Shown here one piece after another: positions 9,551 to 21,400 of a stretch of 64,000 nucleotides of DNA. The position numbers and the translations under genes were made by a program. The notes beneath the pieces are model-generated. The model was not told the DNA's origin, searched no databases, and saw nothing but the letters and a program-made list of their open reading frames with translations. Numbering within the stretch: the stretch's first letter is position 1; every line of letters starts with the position of its first letter. The stretch comes from Terriglobia bacterium (GTDB lineage Bacteria; Acidobacteriota; Terriglobia; Terriglobales; Acidobacteriaceae): contig CAWENI010000009.1 of the NCBI GenBank assembly GCA_963810505.1, positions 221,388 through 285,387 of the forward strand. The letters run 5' to 3'.

Positions 9551-11413
9551 CTATTTTGAGCTGGCATCCAAGTAAGCCAACAACGCCCGAATATCATCCA
9601 GACCAGGGTGCTCGCGGATGACGTCTTGCAACAATGAGGACGCTTCGGCGGCCTTCCCCTTTGCCCACAGAATGAGAGCGAGATTCTCGTAAATGCGTAC
9701 CGTCGGGTTGACTGCAATGGAATGTTGGTAGGTCTCAAGCATTTGGTCAACCACTGCCGGATCGGTTTGATTAAGCTGCTGAAAACTCCTTAAAGCATTC
9801 GGGTAATCCCCCTGAGAAACGAGTACTGACCCCAGGTTCAACAGAGCTGCCGACCGAAAGCGTCGCTCCTGAACAGTCAACTCTCGATGATCGGTCAACG
9901 TGACTACCGTTTGAAACTTTCGTATCGCACCCTGCACGTTGCCTTTTGAGTGGTAGCTTGCGCCCAGATTCACATGGTTGGAAATATCATCGGGGTCAAG
10001 TCTGGCGATGTTGATGAGGTGAGGAGCGACGGCTTCGAACTGGTTCTCGCGCACCAGAGCGTTGGCGAGCTGCTTTTCGACCTGGAGATTTCCCGCGGTG
10101 ATCTCGAAGGCGTGCGTCCAGAGCGTGACGGAGTCTTGCCAAAAATTCAGTTGTCGAAGAGTGAGAACCGACATCGCAGCGATGACGCCCAGAGCGACGG
10201 CCCAGCGTAGCTTGGGTCCTAGCCTGAGTCGGTCAAACAAATCCGATATGCCCCAAGCCACCATGAGGAAGAGTCCAATCAACGGGAGGTAAGTGTATCG
10301 ATCCGCCATTCCCTGGTCTCCCACTTGCACGACGCCTATGACTGGCACTAGCGCGCCCAGGAACCAGAGCCAACCTACTAGAAGATAAGGACGCGATCTA
10401 CGTTGTAACCAGACCGCAATGCTAATAGCGCAAAGAAGTGCTGCCGCCGCAACCGGTTTCCACACCGCGAGTGATGTTCCGGGGTGCGGATAGAAGGCGG
10501 AAAGGTTTAGGGGCCAGAACATCTTCCAGATATACAGAACGTAAGAGAGCAGCGCATTGGCGAAACGGGCACGAAGTGGGAACAATCGCGATGAGCGCAC
10601 CGCATCGCCCACTTCTTGTGCCCACATAGTTAGGACGCAACCCGCAATGGATAAGGCAAAGAGCGGCAATTTCTCTCGTAGAAGAAGCCCAACGCTTCGT
10701 TGCGGAATAGGAAACAACGACGACTGTTGAGTCCATCCGGCCACTCGCTGCAAAGGCCAATAATCGAGCAGGAGAAGAACGAAAGGTAGAGTGACTACCA
10801 TCGGTTTGGAAGCCAATGCTAGTGCAAACATGCCGATCACTGCTGCAAAGGACTTAAGACGCGGCTGAAGAGCGTACCAGCCGTAGGCGCCCAGTGTGAG
10901 GAGAACGAACAACATGCTCAACACATTCTTTCGTTCCGCAGCCCAGGCGACGGAGTCGACGCCCAAGGGATGGCAGGCGAACAGCGCGGCGACTACCAAA
11001 CTGTGGTTCATGGCCCCAGTGGCTCGCTGCAGAAGCAGAAAAAGGAGCAGCACGTTGAGGGAGTGGATTAGGGCACTCGTGAGGTGGTGATAACCGGCTT
11101 CCAATCCGAAAAGTTGACAATCCAGCGCGTGGGAAAGCCAGGTCATCGGATGCCAGTTGGATTGTTCTGTTGACGTTACAGACCATCGAATAGCCTGCCA
11201 CGTCAGTCCATCTGTCACGTGCGGATTCTTGACAATGTAATCGTCATCATCGTAGTTGACGAAATCATGTCCGCGTACTGGGCTGTACAAAGCCAGCGTA
11301 CCGAAGAGAAGCAAACCAGATAGGAACAGGAGCGTTGAAGACTGGCTCTTTGGCTGGCGCTCCGCGGCATTTTTGTCGCGCTCTCGCTGCCGACGAATTG
11401 TCCTTTGCCGCAT
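9551..11413 (-). CDS. TMTC-like integral membrane protein with C-terminal TPR repeats (putative GT-C protein O-mannosyltransferase-like)
   Basis: 620 aa. After TM1 comes the FVNYDDDDYIVKNPHV motif (F-x-x-DD, as in eukaryotic TMTC and bacterial DUF1736 proteins). About 10 further TM segments follow, then TPR-like repeats in the last ~200 aa. Confidence 0.75.
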   Translation of the reverse strand: MRQRTIRRQRERDKNAAERQPKSQSSTLLFLSGLLLFGTLALYSPVRGHDFVNYDDDDYIVKNPHVTDGLTWQAIRWSVTSTEQSNWHPMTWLSHALDCQLFGLEAGYHHLTSALIHSLNVLLLFLLLQRATGAMNHSLVVAALFACHPLGVDSVAWAAERKNVLSMLFVLLTLGAYGWYALQPRLKSFAAVIGMFALALASKPMVVTLPFVLLLLDYWPLQRVAGWTQQSSLFPIPQRSVGLLLREKLPLFALSIAGCVLTMWAQEVGDAVRSSRLFPLRARFANALLSYVLYIWKMFWPLNLSAFYPHPGTSLAVWKPVAAAALLCAISIAVWLQRRSRPYLLVGWLWFLGALVPVIGVVQVGDQGMADRYTYLPLIGLFLMVAWGISDLFDRLRLGPKLRWAVALGVIAAMSVLTLRQLNFWQDSVTLWTHAFEITAGNLQVEKQLANALVRENQFEAVAPHLINIARLDPDDISNHVNLGASYHSKGNVQGAIRKFQTVVTLTDHRELTVQERRFRSAALLNLGSVLVSQGDYPNALRSFQQLNQTDPAVVDQMLETYQHSIAVNPTVRIYENLALILWAKGKAAEASSLLQDVIREHPGLDDIRALLAYLDASSK

Positions 11414-11708
11414 CGTTCCCGGTTTCTTCGCGACACCGATGATCGTGAACTGCTTGTCTGTTTGCTGGCAATGAAACTGCTACCGCGTTCTCACTGCCTT
11501 GCTTGTTCTTTGCTGGTAACTCGCGGTCAAGATGTTCAAGAACGTTCCGCACCTCGACTGAGTTCGGATCTCTTTCAGCAGCCTTCTCATAGGCGCGCGA
11601 ACTTCCGCCAGCGCCAGGCATTATCTACCTCGCGGCAGGGTTTTTAGCCCGATACCAGCCAAAAGCACCTTGCCCCCGACGCACAGTCAGAAGCAAATCT
11701 TAAGAGCG

Positions 11709-13607
11709 TTATGGCAAGTAGTATCGGAAAGACGTGAAGAACATATTGTCGATGCCGTGAGGCGCCGAGAATCCTATTCCGTTGGTTCCCGTCCACGCAT
11801 AGCGTGAAACATAGGAGTATTGCGGGCCGAACTGGAGCCTGCCGTGAGGCCCACTGTGGGCCTTGATCCAGAAACCGATCGTGCCTTCAACGAGGCTCTT
11901 GGTATCAGCGCTGCATTTCGAGAGGGAGCCAAAGGTGAATCCGTTTGTTCCCGTCAGCGGCGGTGCAGTCTCACTGTAGCAACCCGTGACGTTGAACAAT
12001 TGCGAGCCATATCCTACAGGCGTGAACGGGTTCGTGGGGTTGTTAGGGTCGAACTGCCAGCGCCGCGCGACGTACTCCTCGCCGGCGTTGATGTAGAGAT
12101 CGACTCTCTTCGTGTGCCACTCCACGGTAGCCAGACCCTGATAACTGCGGAGCGGAGCCAGCGTACCATCCGCGTGCACGGTTGAATCGGGGAGACCGCC
12201 CGTGCCATACCGGCCCACGCCCTGGCCGACCAGGGCATGAGCCCCGAGGTCCAACTGTTTGAACAGGGTGATGCGGGCATTTGCACCGAAGCCACCGGCG
12301 TTTAGAGAGTTGTTATAGGACCCCAACGCCGAGATCGCGCCGTTGCAGTTGGAAGCGGCAGCAGGTTCTCCGCAGGGATAGATGCGATCGCGGAAACGGC
12401 TCAGGATACCAAAAACTTCGTAATGCCCAAATCCGGGTTCTACTGCGGCTTTGACGATAAAATCTGGCGTGGCGTTGAATGAGTAAGTAGCCGCTGGCGT
12501 GCAACTGGTTGAGACGCTGGTGATGGTACCGCCGGTGCCCGTGATAGTTGTGGTCGCGCAATTCGTGATGCCGGAATTGTAGAGACCGCTGCCGCTGCCG
12601 GGACTACCCAGGGCAAAGTTTGCAGCGTTGCCGCGGGCGGCAAATGTGGTCTGAGGGTTTTCCAGCGAGGCTCCGACCCAAAATCGATTGCCAAAATTCT
12701 TCACCACGCGAACGCCGTACTGCCGTGCCCAACTGAACCCGACGGTGTACTGCGGGTCAATCGTCATGGGTAGGGCTTCGGAGCGGTTGTCCATACCGTG
12801 GCGCGTTTCCGTGAGCAGACTCCACATCTGCCCGCCGGTGAAGCTCCAACCACCTGAAGCCACTTGTCCCCATAGCTGCCGCTGGCGCAAGGTGTAGCTG
12901 TTGCTCTGGTTGTTATTGGACGTGATGCCCGCAGACAGGAAGTCGGCCTCGTAGTATCCGCTCATCTTGAAGTCTTTCGCGGCGCCTTCGGCCAGCAACG
13001 AAATGCGGGACTGGCGGCCCGAGCCGAAGAACTCGGAAACCGCGTTCTGGCCGGCTCCAGGCATGTTCACGCCGTTGAAAGGCGTATTAATATCTGCTCC
13101 CAGCCCGCGATTGCGATACACAGATTCCGCCGCCAGGAAGCCACCTGGCGTGAGGGTGACGCCTTTGTAATGAATGGCTAGAGGGCTCTGCATTTGTTCT
13201 TGCACAGTCTTCTGGGTTTCCTGGAGGCTCAGCACAACGTTGGTGGAATTTGACTGCAGGTCCGTCACCTTTGTGTTGAGCGCCGTCACCGTTTGTGCTT
13301 GTTCGGCTGTTTGAGAAGCGGCAGACTCGGCTTTGGCCTGAGCCTGCGTGGCCGCGGTCACGTTCTGATCCAGCTTCTGTTCGAGCTGCTGAATCCGTTG
13401 ATCGCGACTCTGAACTTGTTGGCTCAAAGTTAAGATTTGCTGCTGTTGCGCCTCGATTGCTTGTTTCAGTTCAGTGAGCTGCTGGGAAACGCTCGGTCCA
13501 GAAACCTTCTTGGTAGTGCCCTTGGTCGCGCCCTGAGACTTCTGGGCTTCCGCGGAGAAGCTGCTCGCCAGCACCATCAACAGCCCCAAAGCTAAAGCTC
13601 GTTTCAT
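11709..13607 (-). CDS. Outer-membrane porin-like beta-barrel protein with N-terminal coiled coil
   Basis: 632 aa. Signal peptide MKRALALGLLMVLASSFSAEAQ, a ~110-aa Gln/Ala-rich heptad region, then alternating Gly/aromatic beta-strand-like sequence ending in NMFFTSFRYYLP. Confidence 0.65.
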   Translation of the reverse strand: MKRALALGLLMVLASSFSAEAQKSQGATKGTTKKVSGPSVSQQLTELKQAIEAQQQQILTLSQQVQSRDQRIQQLEQKLDQNVTAATQAQAKAESAASQTAEQAQTVTALNTKVTDLQSNSTNVVLSLQETQKTVQEQMQSPLAIHYKGVTLTPGGFLAAESVYRNRGLGADINTPFNGVNMPGAGQNAVSEFFGSGRQSRISLLAEGAAKDFKMSGYYEADFLSAGITSNNNQSNSYTLRQRQLWGQVASGGWSFTGGQMWSLLTETRHGMDNRSEALPMTIDPQYTVGFSWARQYGVRVVKNFGNRFWVGASLENPQTTFAARGNAANFALGSPGSGSGLYNSGITNCATTTITGTGGTITSVSTSCTPAATYSFNATPDFIVKAAVEPGFGHYEVFGILSRFRDRIYPCGEPAAASNCNGAISALGSYNNSLNAGGFGANARITLFKQLDLGAHALVGQGVGRYGTGGLPDSTVHADGTLAPLRSYQGLATVEWHTKRVDLYINAGEEYVARRWQFDPNNPTNPFTPVGYGSQLFNVTGCYSETAPPLTGTNGFTFGSLSKCSADTKSLVEGTIGFWIKAHSGPHGRLQFGPQYSYVSRYAWTGTNGIGFSAPHGIDNMFFTSFRYYLP

Positions 13608-13808
13608 GAGTTATCTCCTGAAAAAATCAAATTTGGAAAAGCAGCACATCCCGACAGCGCCTTCGGCGAAATCCACTGTCATTTGCGCGAAGCACGAAGT
13701 GGACAGTGCTCGAAAAGAGTTGCCCGCGTTACGCGAAACATGACTCGACCCGGGAGAGTCCGCCTTGAAGTAAGAACGGGCATTTCACAGCCCCAAAGCC
13801 GCGGCTCT

Positions 13809-15932
13809 TCAATGCACCGCAATATTCGAATTTCCCCTCGAACTGCGGGAGCCGGGCTTTCTCTGGGCGCGCGCTGAAGAATGGCTCGCGGCCGCCGCAC
13901 AACTTGCGGCGTTGGTCACGTCGCAAGCTTGGGAAAAGTAGCCAAGACTAACCTGGCCCGAGCTGAGACTGACCAAGTCGGTCTCCTCCATGAAGCCGTG
14001 ATTATCGTCAACCATGTAATATTCAAAGAAAGGGCCCATGCCGCCGCTCTGGTTCCTGAAGGTGCCGCTGATGCGCCCGAAGCTATCCGCTGGAAGGGTA
14101 AACGTGTCGATCAGGGGGACAGCACCTCCTCCATTGAAATCGTTGCTGTTGAAATCCTCGATCTGTCCCATAATCGAGCCCGCTACTCCGTTGATCGTCG
14201 TAAACATTTCGCCGCTGGCGGCGATTTCACTGCCGTTGTTTTGGGTCAGCCCGAAGCCATAGGTCTCTGGATTTCCGAACGCTAATGTAGACGCGTTGGC
14301 GGCCTGCGGATAAGCAATTCCCGTTCCAACCGCTGGAAAATTCAGGTCTCCTCCCTCGGACCAGAGAATCAAGGGCGGCGTTCCGTTGCCGGTCAGGTAA
14401 AATAGCAGAGCCACTTTTGGTTTTGGAGCGGGCCCCTGGAACTTTGCTGAAAGGTCAACGCGGCCAAGAAGAGTAGTATCTGTAGCGTACGTACCTGTTA
14501 GTGTGTTGGTTGTAAAAGCCGCAAAATCTACCTGAAAGAGAGTGTCGTTGATCCCCGTAAGCGTGCCAATCCCATCCGCGTTGACCACACCCGCCGAGGT
14601 AAAAGAGGCGGGCACGTTGCCCGAATTGATATCATACCCGAGAACACCGAATACGTACGGTCCCATCAGAGATGCATTGGTAAAAGTACCGGCTGCACTT
14701 CCTTGGCTGACGGCGATTCCCGCGGTCAGAAATCCGCTGGTGCCAGCGAGATCGTCACTCTCAATCAGTCTTATATGAGTGGCGTCAACAATGTAACCCG
14801 TGAATTGAATCGTAGCTGGCTGCGTCTGCCCAAAGCAGGTGGCTCCAGTCAAAGTTATAGTAACTATTCCCGGCGCGACAGGCTGCGACACAGTTCCGGT
14901 TACTCCGGTTGGTGGCACACAGCTAAGAAGCTTGCGCGCCGAGAATGTCGGGTTGTAATAATCCTGATCTGCCAGGCTGCCATTGCCAGAGATAGAGCCG
15001 GTAGACGGACTGTTGTCAATATTGAAGACGCCACCGAAAGCGGTGGGCTGGGGGAATCCGGGATTATTCGGATTTTGGTTCCCAGAGTCGGTGCCTTGGG
15101 TGACGAAAGCGTAAGCGCCGGTGGGCATGGTCGCGGCAACCGTTTGGTCTTGCAACTCGAGGGTTCCGGAGCCTGTGTTCGAATCGAACTCAGCGACCTG
15201 TGCTCCCGCGATGGAGAGAACTGTGAACGAGAAAGTCTCTAGGTTCGAAGCACCCGTACCGGTTTGCTGAAGGTTCAGGGTTAAGGAGCCACGGCCATCG
15301 GGACCAACGAAATACGTGCTGGCTGCGACGCTTGACACTTCGACAGTGTAAGTGGTGGAAAAGCCTGTACCCGTGTTGAGAGTCTGCTGGCCGGATGTGA
15401 TGTTGCCATTTCCGTCGAAAACAAACGCTCCAGTGCTTTGATAAGGAAACGAGTCGCCGCCGGTGCCCTGAATCTGAAGCACATAGGTTCCATTTAGCAC
15501 ATTGGCGTAAGACGTGACGGTGACCGCGGTAGTGACATTCTTCGTGTGATCGGCCGTGGCGAATGCAGTTACATTGACGCTCAGAGTACCGCTAAACAGA
15601 CTGGTCGGCGGAATGTAAGTCACTGCTGTTCCGCTGGCAGAATGGAAGGTGGAAATGTTGAGAGTCCCGCAGGCTCCGGGGGCAGTGAGCGCGCAAGTGA
15701 GGGCCCAGTCAACTCCAGAATTGGCGGGATCGTTGCTGACTACAGGGGTGAATTGAATGCCAGTAGCGCTCCCCACCGGAACGTTCGTGCTGGTCGGTTT
15801 AGGATTAAGAGCGATCGAAACGCTCGCCTGACCTTTGCTGGAAGAGTTGCTGCTACTACTGTTGCTGCATGCGATCGAGATAGTAATCGCCAGTACGAGA
15901 AAAAATGTAAGAATCCGTCGCTTGACTGCCAC
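13809..15932 (-). CDS. Large secreted lipoprotein, Ser/Thr/Gly-rich, function unknown
   Basis: The ORF track gives 13809-15980. The GTG at 15932 is preceded by GGAGG and gives VAVKRRILTFFLVLAITISIAC|S (lipobox). It is followed by a poly-Ser linker, an Ig-like first domain, and repeated G-T-Y-x-(F/L)...F-x-F-D-G-N-G-N-I-T-S-G-type modules. Confidence 0.65.
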   Translation of the reverse strand: MAVKRRILTFFLVLAITISIACSNSSSSNSSSKGQASVSIALNPKPTSTNVPVGSATGIQFTPVVSNDPANSGVDWALTCALTAPGACGTLNISTFHSASGTAVTYIPPTSLFSGTLSVNVTAFATADHTKNVTTAVTVTSYANVLNGTYVLQIQGTGGDSFPYQSTGAFVFDGNGNITSGQQTLNTGTGFSTTYTVEVSSVAASTYFVGPDGRGSLTLNLQQTGTGASNLETFSFTVLSIAGAQVAEFDSNTGSGTLELQDQTVAATMPTGAYAFVTQGTDSGNQNPNNPGFPQPTAFGGVFNIDNSPSTGSISGNGSLADQDYYNPTFSARKLLSCVPPTGVTGTVSQPVAPGIVTITLTGATCFGQTQPATIQFTGYIVDATHIRLIESDDLAGTSGFLTAGIAVSQGSAAGTFTNASLMGPYVFGVLGYDINSGNVPASFTSAGVVNADGIGTLTGINDTLFQVDFAAFTTNTLTGTYATDTTLLGRVDLSAKFQGPAPKPKVALLFYLTGNGTPPLILWSEGGDLNFPAVGTGIAYPQAANASTLAFGNPETYGFGLTQNNGSEIAASGEMFTTINGVAGSIMGQIEDFNSNDFNGGGAVPLIDTFTLPADSFGRISGTFRNQSGGMGPFFEYYMVDDNHGFMEETDLVSLSSGQVSLGYFSQACDVTNAASCAAAASHSSARAQRKPGSRSSRGNSNIAVH

Positions 15933-16025
15933 GCTGACCTCCTGAGAGACTGCACGGTCTCGATGACCCGAATGCCGCATGAAAATTGTCTGCCACCGCC
16001 ACGGCTAGCCAAGCTTCCGGCAAAG

Positions 16026-18482
16026 CTATTGACCCATTCCTCGTAAGTAAATTGTCTGAGTTAGCCCGACTTCGGTTGACGTGCTGTAAGTGAGAGTAAT
16101 CTTGCCTGGGTCAAGCCCGATAGTCGTCGGCGTGAAAGTGACAGTAATTGCGCAACTCTGGTTTGAAGGCAGGGCCGCAGGACAGGTATCGGACTCAATA
16201 TAATCACTGCCTGTGACCAGCTTCGACGTTAACGTTACGGTCCCCGCCATGGGATCCACCGGATCATTAAACAATGTGATGGTAAGCGGATTACTGGCCG
16301 TACCTTTGATAACGCTACCGAAATCCATCCCTGCGCTCGGTAACATTCTTAAGGGGCTGGGTGGATTGGTCTTGATCTCCACGGGAAAGCGCCCGCTGTC
16401 GATTTCACAGTTCGGCTCTGCAGCATTGTTGGAATCACCGCACCACATCGTGTTTAACTGGAGAAAGTCATCCAGCCCCGCGAGGAGGCCCACGGCTGCT
16501 GTCCAGGTTATTGGCTGCGGCACAAACGTGATCTCCAGGTTACAGCTGTTACCCGATTGACCAAAAGGCGCTAGCGTTCGTGCTGAACATCCATCTCGCG
16601 AGATTTGGAAATTTGGAACTCCGCTCCCACCGTTGGCCTTGGGCGGATCAGTCTCGCAAAAGTAAGCTACTGTGGGGGCGTTGAACAGGGGCGGCGCAAG
16701 ACCTTGAGTCGCGATTTGCACACTGTTAGGGAGTCCGATACTCGCCGTCTCGGCGAGTTGTAAACCCGATACCAAAGGCTGCCCGCTCGAGACTGGTGGA
16801 CGGGAGATCGCCGGTAATAAAAGAGGGGAAGGATAAACGCAAGGCGTCGCGGGCAGGATGGTGACTGGCTTCGAACTTTGATTCGTAAAGGTAAGCGACT
16901 GTGGAGGGCTCGCTTCGCCCAGCGCTTGCGCACTGAAATCAATTTCTGGAACAGACGGGACGAGAGCGCTCAACCCACTGCCACTAATGGGAACCGAAAA
17001 TTCTGTATCCGCATCCGCACTGCCGTTGGGAACGGTGATGGTCAGCCCGGCAGTCAGCTTGATGGGACATTGTGCCGGTGGAAGTCCCTGAATCCCTGCG
17101 GCACCGTTCTGCGGTTGCGGCAACCATGGACAACTCTCCTGAGGCGAAAAGAAAACAGTGATGATGCAACTGGCTCCGGAATTCAGACTAATCAGCCCCT
17201 GCTGGGTACAGTTATCCTGCTCAGTAAAATTAGGCGTTCCGTTAAAGTCACCACCACCACTGGTATAAAATGACAAGCTGTCATTGTCCCCAAACCGTAG
17301 GGTCAATCCGCTTAACGCCGAACCGGACGTGTTGCTGAGTGTGATGGTCTGGGAAGTGGCAGCAGACCCGACCAGTTGCGGCGGGAATGTCAGCGAAAAT
17401 GGCGTGAGAAGGACGGGCTGGTTGCAAGCTTTTGTGCTTCCCAACGTTAGACAGAGGTTGCCGGAATCACCTAGTGCACAAGGCTTTGTGGTTACTACGT
17501 AACCCCCACCAGTTTGGCCCGCACCGGCACCGTTGACGTTGTGCACGACATATCCGCCGGGCGTGCTATCAAAGGTGACGGCTGTGGGGGGATTACCGGA
17601 TCCCGGTGTTTGCCCAATTTGCCCGACGGACGTTCCACTCGTCGAAAAGATTTGCAACAGAACCGTGTTCCCGCTGATCGTGCCGTTCACGGAAGCTGTA
17701 GTCAGACAGGGATAGTCATTAAGAAGGGTTACCGGGTCTTGAAAGAGTAGCGTGCCGGTTACAGTTGCGCTGGCCGCTCCTGTATTCGGGCCCTGAGTAA
17801 ATGTGCCCGAGACCGGGAAGTCTTGATTGCTGAAATCAGTTGAACCATTTGCGCTATGGAAGAAGCCCTCAAACCCGCCTGTAAGAGGTGGAATCAGAGT
17901 TGCGCTCCAGGTTCCGACATCCTTCGACCCTCCGCCGCAGGCCATGAGTTGACCTTGTACCAGGGCAGATGCGGCGCTCAGAGTATAGGTGCCACCCTGG
18001 ATTGCCGTGCCGTTCGAGCTCAGAGCGCCGCCGCTGAGCGTCAGCGTTTGGGTTGTCGAGGCTCCCTTTTCATCGAGCGCGCCAATTGCTGCGGTGAGGC
18101 TCACGGTCTGGCCGCTCATAGCCCCTGTGACGGTCGCGGTTCCGCTATTGCACGTGATGGGTAGACCACCGTTGGTGGAAGGCAGCACGATCGCAAACCC
18201 GATCTGTCCGGTAATGGCTCCGTTCTTTTGCAGGAGGAAGCCGCCTTGCAGCGGGCTGGCAATAAACGATGTGGTGCTGGAGGTGGACATGCTGAATTGC
18301 CAATTGCCGCTAACTTGTGGATTACCCTGGTGCGAAGTTGTGCTGCTGCCACCACAGCTTGAAAAGGTCAGCGCAAGAGCAATCAATAAAATAAGATCTA
18401 TTGCCTGCACGCGATGCACGGCGGCAGCAGAATGCTTCTTCGGCAATCCTTGCTCCTTTGCTTGTTTCCAGGGCGAATACAT
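16026..18482 (-). CDS. Large secreted lipoprotein with C-terminal choice-of-anchor-D/ASH-like Ig domains
   Basis: 818 aa. Lipobox LTFSSC|GG. The C-terminal half has three repeats of the pattern (L/I)xF..Q.(V/L)G..S..Q.(I/L)T(L/F)(S/T)N.S...(V/L) ... C.I.V.F.P (e.g. MDFGSVIKGTASNPLTITLFND...NQSCAITVTFTP). Begins 12 nt after the TonB receptor stop. Confidence 0.7.
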   Translation of the reverse strand: MYSPWKQAKEQGLPKKHSAAAVHRVQAIDLILLIALALTFSSCGGSSTTSHQGNPQVSGNWQFSMSTSSTTSFIASPLQGGFLLQKNGAITGQIGFAIVLPSTNGGLPITCNSGTATVTGAMSGQTVSLTAAIGALDEKGASTTQTLTLSGGALSSNGTAIQGGTYTLSAASALVQGQLMACGGGSKDVGTWSATLIPPLTGGFEGFFHSANGSTDFSNQDFPVSGTFTQGPNTGAASATVTGTLLFQDPVTLLNDYPCLTTASVNGTISGNTVLLQIFSTSGTSVGQIGQTPGSGNPPTAVTFDSTPGGYVVHNVNGAGAGQTGGGYVVTTKPCALGDSGNLCLTLGSTKACNQPVLLTPFSLTFPPQLVGSAATSQTITLSNTSGSALSGLTLRFGDNDSLSFYTSGGGDFNGTPNFTEQDNCTQQGLISLNSGASCIITVFFSPQESCPWLPQPQNGAAGIQGLPPAQCPIKLTAGLTITVPNGSADADTEFSVPISGSGLSALVPSVPEIDFSAQALGEASPPQSLTFTNQSSKPVTILPATPCVYPSPLLLPAISRPPVSSGQPLVSGLQLAETASIGLPNSVQIATQGLAPPLFNAPTVAYFCETDPPKANGGSGVPNFQISRDGCSARTLAPFGQSGNSCNLEITFVPQPITWTAAVGLLAGLDDFLQLNTMWCGDSNNAAEPNCEIDSGRFPVEIKTNPPSPLRMLPSAGMDFGSVIKGTASNPLTITLFNDPVDPMAGTVTLTSKLVTGSDYIESDTCPAALPSNQSCAITVTFTPTTIGLDPGKITLTYSTSTEVGLTQTIYLRGMGQ

Positions 18483-18494
18483 TATTTCCAGTCC

Positions 18495-21400
18495 TTAGAA
18501 AGACAGCTTCAAGGCAAGCTGAATCGTTCGAGGCCGGTGAGCATCGACAGGATGCAGGAATGAAGCTCCGGTGACACAGTCCGCTCCCTTGCCTTCGTAA
18601 CCGGCCGAAAAAGCCGGTCCAGCATAACAACTGATGGTGTTGTTGCCGGTGCTGCCGGGATTATCCGGATCGTAAATGCGAAACTCAGTATGGTTGAAGA
18701 TATTGAACGCCTCAGCACGAAACTCAAGCTGACTAGACTCGGTGATCTTGAAATGCTTGGCCAGGGCCAGATCGAAATTCACCTGCCGCGGGTTGTTCAG
18801 GAAATTGCGGCCGGCATTTCCGAAAGTGAGTCCACGCGGGGCGACGAACTGAGAGGGATTCTCCAACAAAGGCCCGAAACTCTGTAAATTGTTGGCAGGC
18901 TTGCCCAGGCCTTTAACAACGTCTGGGAACGAGGCTGCAACGCCAAGATTACTGGACACTCCGGCATTATCGGTGACGGAAATGCCAGTATTGCCGGCTG
19001 TATTGATGACGCTGAAAGGAGTCCCGGAGTGCAATAAAGTTATGCCGGAAAGCCCCCAGCCATCCAGGATCCCTCCCTTGAATCCCGTGCAGCATTTGGG
19101 AGCGGGGGAAGCCGCATCTTGCGCATTGTTAGACTCGCGTTGGTTGGCCCAGTCCGACAAGTTCCGAGCGAGCCCTCTAAGCGAAAACTGGTAAATATAG
19201 TTGACCGTCAGTAGATGCCTTTCATCGAAGTTTGAACTGGCACGGTTCTCGCGGAGATCGTATGAATTCACCAGAACCGGATCGCTGCGATCGGAGGAGT
19301 CGTCAATGGAGTGACTGTACGAATACGAAAGGCCGGTGGTCAGTGCACCGCGGGTGCGCCGCGCCGTGAACTGAAAAGCATGGTAACTGGAATCTGCCAC
19401 GTTCTCGAGCGACAAGACTCGGCCCAGACCGGGATAAGGACGCAATGACAGCGAATTCACATTGGGCGTGTGAATGTTCGTGCACGCCGCTTGTAGATAC
19501 GGGTACGCGGGACTGCTTGGGCTGACAATGGTCCCGCTCTCCAACTGGTAGGAATTTCCGTTCTCCCCCGGGATTGCGCCACCGGGACCAACCGTGCAAT
19601 CGTTGATTGTCAGCGGTTCGTTTGGACCGAAGGGATTCGCACTCGAGGGCAGAGGCGGCAGCTGGTTGAGCTGGCGTTCTACCGTCAGATGGGTACCCTT
19701 ACTGCCTGCGTACCCGAGGTTCACCACGAAATCGCGCGCTAGTTCCCGCTGAACGCCGAAGCTCCACTGCTGCACATAAGGCCACACGGCACGAGTTGGA
19801 ATTGAAGTAACGTCAATCGGATAGAGCGAATTTGGCGGAAGTGTGGTGCCATTACTAAGCGTCGCGCCGCCGCAATAATTTGCGCTGCCGATTTGTTGGT
19901 TGAATGTCGAACCGAACCCCGCATTCCCGATACACATCAAGCTATACGGATTCGGTTGTGTGACGCTGAGCACGATCGGAGCACTAGCCTCGAGAGAACC
20001 CGTATTGGCCTCGTTGCCCGTCCCGTGCTCGTAAAAGATGCCATATCCGCCGCGAATGGAAGTCTTGCCATTGCCCTTTGGATCCCAAGCAAAACCAATG
20101 CGTGGTGCCCAGTTGAACAGGTGGTTTTTCATGCAAGCCGCGGGTATTCCGCCGACACCGCACTGCACCAGACCGAGACCGCTTGCTACTCCCGAATCCA
20201 AAGCGAAGGTGTTTGGGTCGAAGGTCACTGGATTTCCACCCTCCAACAGAATGCCCAGCTTGGGATCCACGCTGAAACGTGTCTGGTCGAACCGGGATGC
20301 TTCCCAATTCCATGCCGCATGGTTCTTTTCGCTGTAAGTCCCAAACAGGCTGAGTCGCACGCCGAGATTGAGCGTGAGACGGCGGGTAACCTTCCAATCG
20401 TCCTGAAAGTAAGGTTCAGCCAACTGATAGCGTTGATAGTAACGGTGCTGGGCAGAATCCTGGGTAAAGCTTTGGATGAATCCCTGCACATTGTTTGGGG
20501 CTGAACTGCTTGCTTGGTATTGAGCGAGAAAGTCCGCAAATGCATTTCCCGTGCTGTTGGCAAGGTTACTGTAGGTAAGCAGGCCCTGTACGTCTCCCGA
20601 TGCCGCGCCGATCACATTGTTGGTTTGATTGCGCTGATAGTAGACATACTGGCCGCCAAATTGAAGGGTATGCTTGCCGAAAGCTTTTCCCACGTCGTCG
20701 CGAGCGGAATAGGTTGGGTTGGAATGCTCCCACGGCATGTAGGAAGGATCCTCGACAAACCCGCGGCCTCCATAGGCGGCATTGGTACCCAGAATCGCCA
20801 CCCCCGGCATCTTGCCACCGAATCCGTTTTTGAATAGGAAGCCCATGCCGCACTCCGGCAACGTTGTCGCCGGGTCCCGACTTAGGATCGGATTGCACCC
20901 GCCATTGCCACTGGAAACCAGCGGTTGATCGAGTGCGGGGTTACGCTGGAACTGAGCGCCGCCGGGCCCATTCTTGTCGCCCAACGTGATCGTCGAATTG
21001 ACATAACTGAGAACGATGCTGTTGATGACGGTGGGGGAGATCGTGTGCGTGAGGCTTGCAACCAGGCTGATCCCGGGTCCGTAGAAACTGTTTTGAATCG
21101 TTGGGAAGGTCTCGGCGGCAGGATTGGTGACGCTGAGATAGTTCCATTGCGGCGTCAGCACCGTCGTGCTCCACTCGTCGTGAATGTAGCGAAACCCGAG
21201 CTTCAACTTCTGGGTCAAATTGTGGTCGAGGCGAAACAACTCTTCACGCCAGTAGGTGGAAGGAGAAACCGTGGCGACATAGCAGCGATTGGGGTCGTCG
21301 GGCCCAAGAACAGTAGTGATGGGGAGGGCGTAGTTACAGCCCACTGGAGAATTGGGCAGTGGGATAAGGTTTGAGTTAAGGATCACACGCGAGTTCTTGT